From IMG/VR virus record IMGVR_UViG_3300008448_000010: a DNA stretch of 56,653 bases; one strand, 5' to 3'. The translations under genes were made by a program, and so were the position numbers. The first letter of the stretch is position 1. Every line of letters starts with the position of its first letter. The stretch comes from an uncultured virus (IMG/VR IMGVR_UViG_3300008448_000010). Lineage: Duplodnaviria > Heunggongvirae > Uroviricota > Caudoviricetes. Of the stretch, positions 9,894-21,100 are shown piece after piece. Under the pieces are notes generated by a model, which was given only the letters and a program-made list of their open reading frames with translations, ran no database searches and was not told where the DNA came from.

Positions 9894-12800
9894 TTATATA
9901 AATTCTAAATCACCACCATTAGCAAGAAATTCTTGTATTTCATCATCTGTCATGTATACTTCATCACCTTCAACATAGCCACCATCTTGATATACATCAC
10001 CACCATATTGTTTAGAACGGGAAGTATTCTTTGCTCCTTGATTAGGTGGTCTATACAATCCTGTATTAGTATCATAATCTCCTTTATCTTGAACTGTTTT
10101 AGCAGCATAAAGATTATCAGCATTATAATTTTCATACATCTTTGCTTCACTCTTTCTATCTTGAGCTCTATTTATCATTCCTGTAATACCTCTAATACCA
10201 GCATTAGCAACATTTAAATAAGCTTCTGGATCATATGAATTTTTAGTTTTAAAATCCATAGATACATCACCTTCTGTACCTGAATAAACATTTTCAGCTT
10301 GATGACTTTGACCTTGATTTGGATCTACTTTATATTCAATAGGATCTTTAGATTTATCTCTTTCAGGAGCAGGAGGATTAAAACTTGCTTGATCATTCCA
10401 AAATGAAGATTTATTTATACCTGATATACCTGGATTTAATGATATCATATCAACATCTGTCATTCCGGCCAATGCAGGATTACTTGTATAAGTTACAGGA
10501 GTTTCTGCACCAGTTTGAACATAAGGCATAAATCTTCTTAAGTCACCTCCATATTGCATTTCTGTATTTCTTGGTCCTGATGTATTAATTAATTGATCAG
10601 ATGAAAAAGGTTGAGGATTATTGGGTAAAGTTAATGAATCTTTCATATACTGCATAGGTGCAGAAAGTGGTTCTGGTTTTGCAATCCAACGGTTACTTTT
10701 CTCATCCCAAATCTTGCCTTGTTTTGTAAGCATTTCTACATTAGACATTGGAACTTTATCACTTTGTTCACTACCTATTTTATTACCATACTCATCTAAA
10801 CCTAGCATTTTAAGTTTCCAATCATTTATTTTATTTCCTAACTCTCCTTTTCTAACAGCAGCTTTAGAACCTAACTTTAATCCTTTTATATCACTCCTTT
10901 GATTATTATTAGCAGTTCTATTATCACCTTGAGTTTGAGAAGTTTGTGCACCAGAACCTGGAAGAGTAATAATATTTTGTTTTCTAGGATCCATTTCTTG
11001 ATTACCATAAGTAATAGTATACTTTTTAGGACGACCTGTAATCCAACTTGATTTTTTAACATCAATATTTTTTAAATATGTACCAGCTCCTGGTATAAAA
11101 TTTTGAACTTGCCCGGTTTGAGTATTATAAGGACCTCTTTGCATTCTTGTATATTGTCCAATAGGCATAACATTTGCAGGAAAATAATTTCTTATTGCTC
11201 TACCAATTGATCTACCAAATCTAGCCATAGGAAAATCTCCATTAGCTGTATTTTTAGAATATACATCATCTATATCTCCTTGAGAAATATCATCATATTC
11301 ATCTCCACCATATACATATTTTAAAAGCTCACCATTATATCCCATCATATCTTGTGATGTATTACCACCTTCTTGATATCCTGGAAACATGATCTTATTA
11401 ATTTGGTTTTGATCTTTACTTAATAGTGCATTTGTAAAAGCCATTGGATCTCCCAAACTATATGCAACTGGATTAACTTTTTGTGTAGTATTAGCTCCAG
11501 ATTTTTTATATAGTGTAGCTTTAGATTCTAAAGCATTAATTCTACCTGTTACATCTCCTGACTTTAACTGTTGGTATTTTTTACCAGTACCTGTTGTATC
11601 TATATACCATACACCTTCTTTCTTTTTATATAAGTTATTCTTTCCAGGATAAGTATATACACCATCAGTTAAAGTTTTCTTTTCTTTAGCTTCTGATTTA
11701 TCAGTAGGTTGTACTGTTTTTGAATTTACAGGATTAGTTTCTGTTTTACCATTAACTGTTTTAGTTTGAGTTTGTGTAGTTCCTCCTGGTTTTGTATTAC
11801 TAGCTACAGTTCCTTGAGTAGTTGTACTCACTGTAGTTACAGTTTCTGGATTAGCAGCATTTGTAGTTGCTGTAGATCCGGGAGTTTCTTTTGCTACTTC
11901 TTTTAATGCTTCTTTATTAACTGAAGTTGCATCAGTTACTACACTTCTTCTTGTAGCTGGCCATCTAACTGTTCTAGCTCCATATCCATAAGTTCCTGCA
12001 CCTTGTCCTGGCATACCCATTCCTGGCATAGGACTTCCTTGTCCAAACTCAATAGAGTATTGTCTTGGTCTACCTGTTAACCATCCTGATTTTCTTACAT
12101 CTATTTTAGTAATAGGAGGTAAACCATATCCAAAGTTAAAATCTCTTGGCATTCTTTGTCTACCAAATATACCTCCACCATCTCTAGCATGAATCATTTG
12201 ATTTTGATCTTGACTAAAGACATCACCTGCTGCCTGTGAATAAGCTGCTAAATGATGCATAGGATTCTCAAAGTCTTGCCCTTGATAGATATTTTGTTCA
12301 CCACCATTTTGTGCTACAGGGTATTGTTGAGACATTTGCTGTTGTTGCATCATCTGATCATACTGTTGTTCAGCTTGTTCTTTAGCTTGAGCAATAGCAG
12401 ATTCATTTTTAATAGACCCAATAAATTTATTTAAATTCTTTTTTCTTACACCTGAACCTGTTGGATCTGCATGGTCATCTGTAAAATCTGCAGACTTTGG
12501 ATCTTGATTATCTCCACCCATTTGTTTCTTAACAAGTTTTAAAACAGAACTTACAAATTGTTTTTTGCTTTGCTTAGAACCTCCATATTTTGCATAGTCA
12601 TCAATTACTTCTTCTGGTATTTCAGGAGTTTCAAATCCTGAGAAAGCATTGATATCTTCTTGTTCATCAGTATCATCCATTTGAGGTGGTGTCCAAGCTA
12701 TGTCAGCTGCAGCATTTGTATCACCATAATAATTTGGATTACCATAAGCATCAAACATATTTTGTGGTAAATAAGCACTTACATCAGGCATTTCAATTGG

Positions 12801-13346
12801 TACTTCCATACCTTCTTCAGCTCTATAGTATCCACCATATTGCATGATTAAATTTGATGCTGCTGCATTGTCATCATAATTTGATCCATCATCTTCTAGA
12901 ATCATTTCATTTGCCATATCTGTACCTGATTGAGATTCTGGTTCTTTTTCAGGTTGTGCAACTTCCATTACATCATTTCCAGATACTATATCTTCTGATT
13001 CTTCATCTTCATTATCTTCACTATCTATTTCTGATTGTTGTTGTTGTTCAACATAGTTATACATTTTATCTACAAATTGCATAGCTTCCATTGGTTCTTT
13101 ACCAAATACATTAACTAACTTTACAACAATTGCTTCTCTAGGTGCAGAATTTGATATATCTTGTAATACAACAGATGCTAACTGATCATCAGTAAGTTCT
13201 TGAGATTGTTGTTGAGCACCTGGATATCCCATCATACTAGAATCAGGAACTCCTCCTTCTTGTGCTCTTTGTAAAAATTGTGCAGTTTTATTTATAAATT
13301 TACCTTCACCATCTGATGATTTATAAATTCTTACTCTTTTTTTCAT
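9894..13346 (-). CDS. Low-complexity putative cargo protein with many xxxGG motifs (1150 aa)
   Basis: About 12 motifs (AQEGG, MQYGG, AQNGG, YQEGG, YQDGG etc.); internal duplication IDVRKSGWLTGRPRQYSI / IDVKKSSWITGRPKKYTI; lies in the cargo cluster. Confidence 0.6.
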   Translation of the reverse strand: MKKRVRIYKSSDGEGKFINKTAQFLQRAQEGGVPDSSMMGYPGAQQQSQELTDDQLASVVLQDISNSAPREAIVVKLVNVFGKEPMEAMQFVDKMYNYVEQQQQSEIDSEDNEDEESEDIVSGNDVMEVAQPEKEPESQSGTDMANEMILEDDGSNYDDNAAASNLIMQYGGYYRAEEGMEVPIEMPDVSAYLPQNMFDAYGNPNYYGDTNAAADIAWTPPQMDDTDEQEDINAFSGFETPEIPEEVIDDYAKYGGSKQSKKQFVSSVLKLVKKQMGGDNQDPKSADFTDDHADPTGSGVRKKNLNKFIGSIKNESAIAQAKEQAEQQYDQMMQQQQMSQQYPVAQNGGEQNIYQGQDFENPMHHLAAYSQAAGDVFSQDQNQMIHARDGGGIFGRQRMPRDFNFGYGLPPITKIDVRKSGWLTGRPRQYSIEFGQGSPMPGMGMPGQGAGTYGYGARTVRWPATRRSVVTDATSVNKEALKEVAKETPGSTATTNAANPETVTTVSTTTQGTVASNTKPGGTTQTQTKTVNGKTETNPVNSKTVQPTDKSEAKEKKTLTDGVYTYPGKNNLYKKKEGVWYIDTTGTGKKYQQLKSGDVTGRINALESKATLYKKSGANTTQKVNPVAYSLGDPMAFTNALLSKDQNQINKIMFPGYQEGGNTSQDMMGYNGELLKYVYGGDEYDDISQGDIDDVYSKNTANGDFPMARFGRSIGRAIRNYFPANVMPIGQYTRMQRGPYNTQTGQVQNFIPGAGTYLKNIDVKKSSWITGRPKKYTITYGNQEMDPRKQNIITLPGSGAQTSQTQGDNRTANNNQRSDIKGLKLGSKAAVRKGELGNKINDWKLKMLGLDEYGNKIGSEQSDKVPMSNVEMLTKQGKIWDEKSNRWIAKPEPLSAPMQYMKDSLTLPNNPQPFSSDQLINTSGPRNTEMQYGGDLRRFMPYVQTGAETPVTYTSNPALAGMTDVDMISLNPGISGINKSSFWNDQASFNPPAPERDKSKDPIEYKVDPNQGQSHQAENVYSGTEGDVSMDFKTKNSYDPEAYLNVANAGIRGITGMINRAQDRKSEAKMYENYNADNLYAAKTVQDKGDYDTNTGLYRPPNQGAKNTSRSKQYGGDVYQDGGYVEGDEVYMTDDEIQEFLANGGDLEFI

Positions 13347-13361
13347 ATAACTAGTTATAAT

Positions 13362-13406
13362 TAAATATAATAAATTTTAATTTATTCAGTAAACTTATAA
13401 AGTTTA
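13362..13406 (-). promoter_or_regulatory. Putative promoter TTTA-N20-TATATTTA with palindrome TAAACTT-ATA-AAGTTTA
   Basis: Boxes at 13362-13369 and 13390-13393, inverted repeat 13390-13406; same layout as the 7704-7748 site. Confidence 0.6.
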
Positions 13407-16400
13407 ATTGAGTTCTTCTATCACATAACCTTGTGCTATTAAATCTTTTATTTCTTTTGGAGTTAATTCTGCATCTACATAATCATTACTTGCTCCACCT
13501 TGTTTTTTTTCTTTAAGAGCTTTTTGAATATATGGATTTTTTAATACTACATTATCTCTTAAATCTACAATCTGTTTTCCATATAATGGATTCTTACGCA
13601 TGTTTATACCACCAGCAGGAATAGGAACACCATATATTTTTTGCATTTTAAAGCCATGATAATCTTCTTCTGTTTCAGGTGTTACAGTTCCTAGACCATT
13701 ATAGTATTGTATTTGTAATAATTCATTATCTATTTTAGCTCTTTTAGCTTCATTTAATTTCTGTTTATAAAAGTCAATATAACCATAAGGATATGCTGTA
13801 TCACCATATAAAGCATGGCCTAAGTTAGCATCTTTTTTTCCAAAATTTGTTTCTTGAAGAGCAATAGCTAACATAGTACTTGGATCAACTCCTACAGCTT
13901 TTGATTTTTTAATTATATTATCTATTACAACTTTATTATACTTGTCAGCTTTTAAATCAACATTTGGATTTATTTTTTCACCTGTAGTTGCTCTTATTGT
14001 TCTTGTATCTTTAAGGTCAACAAATTCTTTTGGAAAATTAATTTCTTTGTGTAATTTAATTAAGTGGTCTCTTCTTTTTTTATTAAGACTAGAAACTGTT
14101 ACTGCATTTTTATTTAATTCTTTAGTTCTAGAACCATTAGGATCTTCAATAGAAACAAATCTATTACCTGTTGATTTATTACTAATTGACCATCTTCCAT
14201 TAAGACTTTTTTTATAAAGAGAATCTGGTCTTCCAAGATATTTATATGTTTCACCATTACTTTGATTATCACCACCATCTTGGTAATTATCTATTTCTTC
14301 TACTACATAACCACCTTCTTTATATCTTTGTACTTCTTCTGATGTTAGATCTAATTCTACATAATCATTAGATGTGCCACCTTGTTTTTTTTGTTGTAAT
14401 GTTTCTGCTCCTATTATTACTGGTACAGTTCCAAGAGCATATTTATTCATTGTTTTTAATAAACCTTTTTTATCATTTAAAGCTCCTAACATTTTAGACA
14501 TTGTATTATCTAATCCTGTATCTTTTACATAATTTTTAATAGCATCATCTAATTGTACTTGTGTAATTTTAAAATCTTGATTTAAAGGAATTCCATTTTT
14601 TTGTGCAATATAATCTTTTAACTGAGCAGCTCTTTCTCTAATTTCATTAGCATAATTAGCTGATCTATTTTTACCTCTTAAATAAGTTTTAGTTTTATAA
14701 CTTTCTAATTTATTTAAATTAAATGGTTTTAACCACTCTGCACCTTCAGCAGGACTATTAGAATAATAATGTCCAGTTTCATGTGCAGCAATTCTTGCTT
14801 TATTAGCTTCATTTAAAGGAATACCACTTAAATTAGCATCTTTACTTACTTCTGTAGCTGTTCTACCCATTGTATTTGATCCTAATTTTTCTCCTGGATA
14901 ATCAGAAGCAGGATTATGTCTTTCTACAGCAGTAGATAATCTTTGTTCTAATTCTGGAGTTAATTGTTCATTCCAACCTGGTTTATTTTTTTGAGAAATT
15001 AATCTTTCAGCTCTTGCAGCTATAGCTTCTTCTTGTGTTAAATATTTAGAAAAATCTACATTAGGAGAACCTGGTAATTGTTTATAAAGTTTTTGTTCTT
15101 CAAAAGGTATTACAAATTCTCTATCAGGAGCCCTACTTAAAGATTTATCATATTGACTATATTGTTCTAACTTAGATTTTGGGATTTTTAAATGTATTAT
15201 TTCAGGATTTGTAAATTCTCTATCAGCTTTATAAAAATCAAAATCATTTTTATCTTTTGTAAACCATTGACCAAAATATTTTTCTTCTTCTGCTTTTTTA
15301 GCTAAGGTTGCTGGATTGTTAAATAAAGGATTTATTTTTCTTTCTTCAGCAAGTTGTGCAAATGTTTTTCCATTCTTTTCTTGTATTCTCCATAAATCAA
15401 CTAATTCATCTACATTACTAGTTATACCTGCATTAGGAGAACCTGGTAATTGTTTTGGAACTTCTTTATATCCTTTTAACCAATGTTTTTTATAAAATTT
15501 TGTATTTTCACCTAAAGATATATTTGGTAATTTTTCAACAATATCTTTCCCTGCCCACTTCTGTCCTGTATATCTAATTGGTTGAAAAACACTTTCATCT
15601 CCCCGTCCTGCAAGTTTTGAAAAAGTTCTTGCTCTCATAGGTTGATTTGTAACTTCTGTAATTACATTAGGTTCATATTGTTTTATACCTTCAAAGTTTT
15701 TTCCACTAAAAAAATAAGGAGAATCACCAGGAGAATCAGTCCAATTTGGATTTCTATTTGTTCTTAATACTCCAGACTCTATAGCATCTTTATATCCAGC
15801 TTCTCCAATCCCTCTATAATAAGCTTCTGGATTAGGTTTAAATGCCCAAGGATTAATTTTATATGTATTATTAATTAAATTTTTAGAACCTTTTATAGCT
15901 TTACCAAAAGGTAAGCCAACAAAGTTTAATGAGTTCATACCCACATCCCAAGCAGCATCACCTATATTACTACCTGTAGGATCATCATAAGCTCTACTCA
16001 TACTTTTTCTAGTAAGACTATTTGGATCACTAAATTCTTTTATTCCATGATATCCAAAATATGCATTTAATCCACCAGCAATTTCAGGAACAGCTAATGT
16101 TGCTCCTATAGCAGGAGCCATTATTGTATAAGCAGGAGCTAAAGGAGCTCCTGTTGCTACAGCTTGTGCTACTTTGGATACATTATTTGGATTATCCATC
16201 CATCTAGTTCTACCCATCTCATCAGGTTTTCCATACCAAGAATCTTCTAATTTTACTTGATCTTCTTCAGTTGTTTTAGTAGCTTCTCTATCATATGATT
16301 TACCAAAGTTATCATAGAAATCCATAAAAGTAGCATCTGAAATTTTTCCTTCTTTATATAAATTTCTTAAATCATCAACTCCTGTAGAATTTAATACATC

Positions 16401-18107
16401 TGATACTTTAGCTTTTTTATAACTTTCAGGATTATATTTTTTTAATACATTCAAAGCCTTAGATGCTTTATCATAAGATTTTTTTTCTTCATTTAATTCT
16501 TTCTTATAAGATTGAATTTGATCTTTTAAAGAAATAATTGAAGAAGTTCCTTCTGCACTTTGTTTTTGTTTTTCTAATCCTAAATTAACTCTATGATCAT
16601 TATAAGCTTTTTTTACTTGCTTTAACCTATCTATTAATGAACCTTGAAGTTTTCTTTTTTCTTGGTTTCCATAAACAGTTACTTCATTTAGATCTTGTAC
16701 TTTGTTAGGTAGATTTTCATTTTCACCACCATCTTGCATCTGATTTAATGAAGGTATAGAAATATCTTCTACTACATAGCCACCTTTTCTATATTCTTCT
16801 ATCTCATCTTCATCAAGATCAACTTCGATGTAATTAGCAGGACCTTCTGTATTTCTTAAGAAAGATTGTTCTTCTGGTTCTATAAGAGATTCATTATAAG
16901 TAGCAATGTTTCTACCGTATACATTAGTAATAGGTCTGTATCCAATTTTTCTATCTTCATCTACAGCATGCTGAAATGTATCATGAACAGGAGACTTTAA
17001 ATACTCTCCTGTGTTAGCATTAATACTGTATGCATGATAATAACCATCCTTTTCTTTAGGTTGATCATAGTTAAACTCTGATGGTCTTCCTTCTGAATCC
17101 CAATATCCTCTTATATCATATTCTGGATCATCTTGCATTAAGTTATCAGGAAGAGTAGGATAAAACTTTTGAAATTTTTGTTCATCTTCTGTAGATAATT
17201 TAGTTATACCATTTTGAGCATGTACTAATCCTTGACCACCACACTCATGACATGTAGTAATATCCTTACCACCATCTGCAGCATCCCATTTCCAACCACA
17301 CTTTTTACATGTTACTTTCTTAGTAAGCAAAGAACCACCTTCTGCATACTGATTCATTCCTGTTGCATTTTTATAACCTTCAGAAGAAATATAATCAGCA
17401 TATTGATTAGGAACTTGGATAGCTTCATCATTAGGATTCATTATAGTAGGGTACATCCAAGCTTGACCATTATCATCTTCACCCCATGCCATTTTGTGTG
17501 ACATGTTTTGACCAAACTGTTCATCATCGGGTAGATTAAACATTGGTGTTCCTGGATTATCTCCTAATGCAAAAGCTCTATCTACAAAATCAACTCCTCT
17601 ATTTCTTTCCATTAGTACTTTAGAAATAAGATCTCCCTCTAATTTACTTATACCACCATCTTGATAGTACTTAGCATTAGGATCAAATACTTTATTCTTT
17701 CTAGACTTAGGTTTTGCAAATAAATAATTTTGTGTAAAAAATTTGTTAGTTGCATCTAAACTTCTAGAATAACTTTTAGACAGTAAACCTTTTTTACTTG
17801 GTTTTGGCATTGATACAAGACCTTTTGTTCTACCTCCTTTTCTCATCTGAGGAAATTCATCTACATAGTCTGCTCCTGGAAACTGATAGTTTTGATCAGG
17901 ATACATCATTTGTGGTTGACCTACATTAGGTTGAGCATATACAGGATATGGTACTCCTTGCATAGTAATATCTCCACCAGGTATTCTAGTGTTTTGTCCA
18001 GGATGCTCCCATTGACCTTTTGGATCATAGATTATATCTTTATGAAAAGGATTAGGTTTTGTATAACTACCTAAATCTATTTTGGATAAAACTTTTTTAT
18101 TTAACAT
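13404..18107 (-). CDS. Polyvalent multi-domain cargo protein (1567 aa): Zn ribbon, two ART-like modules, zincin HExxH, lytic transglycosylase-like domain
   Basis: CKKC...CHEC; YYRGIG...SGVLR...PYF; LWRIQ...GQWFT...FY...EFVIP; IAAHETGH...NEIRERAAQ; GVDPSTMLAIALQETNFG...YYNG. Confidence 0.65.
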   Translation of the reverse strand: MLNKKVLSKIDLGSYTKPNPFHKDIIYDPKGQWEHPGQNTRIPGGDITMQGVPYPVYAQPNVGQPQMMYPDQNYQFPGADYVDEFPQMRKGGRTKGLVSMPKPSKKGLLSKSYSRSLDATNKFFTQNYLFAKPKSRKNKVFDPNAKYYQDGGISKLEGDLISKVLMERNRGVDFVDRAFALGDNPGTPMFNLPDDEQFGQNMSHKMAWGEDDNGQAWMYPTIMNPNDEAIQVPNQYADYISSEGYKNATGMNQYAEGGSLLTKKVTCKKCGWKWDAADGGKDITTCHECGGQGLVHAQNGITKLSTEDEQKFQKFYPTLPDNLMQDDPEYDIRGYWDSEGRPSEFNYDQPKEKDGYYHAYSINANTGEYLKSPVHDTFQHAVDEDRKIGYRPITNVYGRNIATYNESLIEPEEQSFLRNTEGPANYIEVDLDEDEIEEYRKGGYVVEDISIPSLNQMQDGGENENLPNKVQDLNEVTVYGNQEKRKLQGSLIDRLKQVKKAYNDHRVNLGLEKQKQSAEGTSSIISLKDQIQSYKKELNEEKKSYDKASKALNVLKKYNPESYKKAKVSDVLNSTGVDDLRNLYKEGKISDATFMDFYDNFGKSYDREATKTTEEDQVKLEDSWYGKPDEMGRTRWMDNPNNVSKVAQAVATGAPLAPAYTIMAPAIGATLAVPEIAGGLNAYFGYHGIKEFSDPNSLTRKSMSRAYDDPTGSNIGDAAWDVGMNSLNFVGLPFGKAIKGSKNLINNTYKINPWAFKPNPEAYYRGIGEAGYKDAIESGVLRTNRNPNWTDSPGDSPYFFSGKNFEGIKQYEPNVITEVTNQPMRARTFSKLAGRGDESVFQPIRYTGQKWAGKDIVEKLPNISLGENTKFYKKHWLKGYKEVPKQLPGSPNAGITSNVDELVDLWRIQEKNGKTFAQLAEERKINPLFNNPATLAKKAEEEKYFGQWFTKDKNDFDFYKADREFTNPEIIHLKIPKSKLEQYSQYDKSLSRAPDREFVIPFEEQKLYKQLPGSPNVDFSKYLTQEEAIAARAERLISQKNKPGWNEQLTPELEQRLSTAVERHNPASDYPGEKLGSNTMGRTATEVSKDANLSGIPLNEANKARIAAHETGHYYSNSPAEGAEWLKPFNLNKLESYKTKTYLRGKNRSANYANEIRERAAQLKDYIAQKNGIPLNQDFKITQVQLDDAIKNYVKDTGLDNTMSKMLGALNDKKGLLKTMNKYALGTVPVIIGAETLQQKKQGGTSNDYVELDLTSEEVQRYKEGGYVVEEIDNYQDGGDNQSNGETYKYLGRPDSLYKKSLNGRWSISNKSTGNRFVSIEDPNGSRTKELNKNAVTVSSLNKKRRDHLIKLHKEINFPKEFVDLKDTRTIRATTGEKINPNVDLKADKYNKVVIDNIIKKSKAVGVDPSTMLAIALQETNFGKKDANLGHALYGDTAYPYGYIDFYKQKLNEAKRAKIDNELLQIQYYNGLGTVTPETEEDYHGFKMQKIYGVPIPAGGINMRKNPLYGKQIVDLRDNVVLKNPYIQKALKEKKQGGASNDYVDAELTPKEIKDLIAQGYVIEELN
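13474..14392. repeat. Imperfect 37-bp direct repeat pair (13474-13510, 14356-14392) encoding KKQGG(A/T)SNDYV
   Basis: tctacataatcatta-N6-ccaccttgtttttttt at both sites, flanking the lysozyme-like cassette. Confidence 0.8.
15059..15455. repeat. Perfect 25-bp direct repeat pair (15059-15083, 15431-15455) encoding KQLPGSPN
   Basis: cattaggagaacctggtaattgttt occurs twice, 372 bp apart (in frame), flanking the second ART-like module. Confidence 0.9.
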
Positions 18108-21100
18108 TACCTTGGGGATAATTGATTTTTAGTACTTGTTAATTTAAGAATCATATTAATATTAGATGACACATCTCTTCTTAAATGTAAGAAATTAAGA
18201 TAATGTCTAAACTTTTTTCTTTGTAAAAATGGTTTATTGATATCCATATTATTTGGATTTAAAGTTTTAATATATCCATTTGGTTGTGTATCCCATAAAA
18301 ATTGTTGTGGATAATTTCCAAATAATTCAGTAGTACCAGGAATCAAAGTTCCTTGTGGTGGATATCCTGAACCAATAGGAAACTCTCCTCTGTCTTTTGT
18401 AATATCCCAAAACTGATTAAATCTATATTTGTTTTCTTCTTTAGAAAATAAAATTTCAAATCCTGGTAATGGTTGTACATTAGGTTCAACAAGTATAAAA
18501 GGATTAGGTTTTGGATATTGTAAACTTAATGTAATATTATTCTTAGGGAATATATTTAAGTTTAAGTATCCAGAAACTTGTTCTGCATTAAATACAACGG
18601 CTTTATCAAAGTTAAAATCTAATACCTGAAATTGATCAACACAGTTTACATTTGATCTTTTATAACATTCTAATGCATATTGTACAGACTTAACTGTAGT
18701 AACTGTTTCTCCTGTTATTATAGGTACTTCAACTTCAAAAGGATGATCTTGACCATAGTAGTTACAATATGAATCACATGCATAATTATGTTTCCAAATT
18801 GTATTTTTCTTTGTAGTTAAGAAAGTAGTTTTAGTTGGTAGATTAAGATCTGGATGCCAGTCATGAAAACTAATCCAGAAATTATTCTTAGGGTCATAAC
18901 TTAATGTCCATGAAGCATCATCAAATAATCTTGGATCTCCTATTAAATATCTACCAGTACCATTCAAAGTAAAATAATCTCCTTTACCTTTATCTTTACC
19001 TGTAGTTATTAAAGATACATAACCAACTTGATTTTTAAGTTCTTCTTTAAGTTGATAGTCTTTTTTAGAAAAATAAATAATAGAGTTTGTATTATCATAT
19101 AATGATTGACATCCTATTCCAGCTACTGGATTATCTTGCCAAGGATAATTAGGAAAATCAACTGTTAGCTTATATGGTAAAAATATTGAAAACCACCATT
19201 TTAAACCTATCTGAGAAATTTCTTTAAGACCTCCTGCATAGTTAAATATTTTAGCTTGATTCTCTGACATATAAAATAAACCTGCAGGTGTAGAAATAAC
19301 TCCTAGTCTATTTTGTGATGATCCATATTCATATGGTTTATCTGCATTTGATACAGATTGACCAGGTTGAGAAAATAAACCACCATCTCCAATTGTAACT
19401 TTAGTTCCTAAATCTGTTTGTAAGGTATCTACACCTTGAAACATTAATGGACTATCATTAAGAAAAGTAATAAAGATACCACTTTTATTTATAGATTTTA
19501 CTCCACTAATTTGAGACTTAAATTCATTATAGTTATTTGGTAAATACACAAACCAACTATCTTTAAAGGATTCATTTTGTTGTGGTAATGAATAATAAAG
19601 TCTATCTGGTAAATATGTATAACATAACTTAGCTACATTAGGATCATAATATCTGCTTTGTAAATTTCCTTGTGAAAAATATTGAGTATATGCTTTTGAA
19701 ATACTAAGTGAATAATCATATCTATATACATTACCTCTAGTAATAATATCTGGATTCATGTTAAACATTGAAGGCAGATTAGTATACCTATAAGGATCAT
19801 AATGTTTTTCACCTTCTGTATCACCTTGAGTTCTAAAATCTATTAATACATCTGACTCAACAAAATAATCTTTTACAGAAGAATTAGCTAAATAAAATTT
19901 AGCTTCTTTTACACTAAGTTTTATAGCTGCTCCATAAAATCCTGGGTCATCATCAGCATAATCATAACCATCCCAATCTAATTTATAAAAGTTGCTTGGA
20001 CCAGCACCAGTACCAGGTGTTGGATTAATCCAGTTAGTTGGTACAAGATTAGAAACATCATATCTAATACTATTAACCCTAAATCTTGGATTTGGAATCA
20101 TTGAATGCAAATAATAATTATATTCAAATCCATCAGGTTGACCATATAACCAATCAAAAAAGTAAAACATTGTATTTTTTTCAGTGTATCTATTTATAAA
20201 AGTATCACCACCAAAAAATACAGGAGTTCTTTGTAATGTATTTAATATTAAAGTACTATTAGGATTTGTAATAATACCAGGACAAGTAATGCTTGTTGTT
20301 ATTGGTGTAAAATTATTACCAACAGTTCCTATTTTTTGCTCACAAGGAGAGATAGGAATTTGTTTAATAGACTGTAATTGTCCATATTGATTTCTAAGTC
20401 TTACTTTAATACCACCATAATGACTTGCAATAGGTAATGAAAAAGGAATATTTATATCATCAAAATCAGGTAGTGCTCCAGGTAACCATGGATATGTTCC
20501 TAAATTTTGTTGTATGTTACCCATAGTAACTAATGACTTATCTATATTTAATAATTTAGGACCATTTAATGCACCAGTTCCATCTACTGTTCTTAAAGTA
20601 ACTGTATCAGATCTTTTAAGATTATTAATGTTATAAGAAAAAAATGTACCAGCACTACTCTGATATCTTGGAACTTCCTGTATAGTATCTCTAATATAGA
20701 AACTTTCATCAATTTTAAATCTTACAGTATCTGTTGCTAAATTTTCAGTAGTCATGTTACTATAAAAACCATATGCTAGTGATTGCATAGCATATTGTCT
20801 ATATGGTATTATACCATATAAAAACTCAAGAGTAACATTTGCTCCTTCAGAAAAATAAAATATAGAGGCTTCTAAAAATCCAATTGTTCTTAAACCTATA
20901 GGTAAGTATGCATATCCTGGTAATTCTTGTGAACCAGTTAATGTAGGTAATGGTACTACCCCTGTTGTAGGAACTAGTGCTGCAGCATTATTTGCAAGTC
21001 TAACCGCATCATTAAACACAGCTTGACCAGTAGTTTCATAACCACCTAGTGCTATACCTACTGCATCAATTAAATAACCTCCTGTTGAATAATAACTAGT

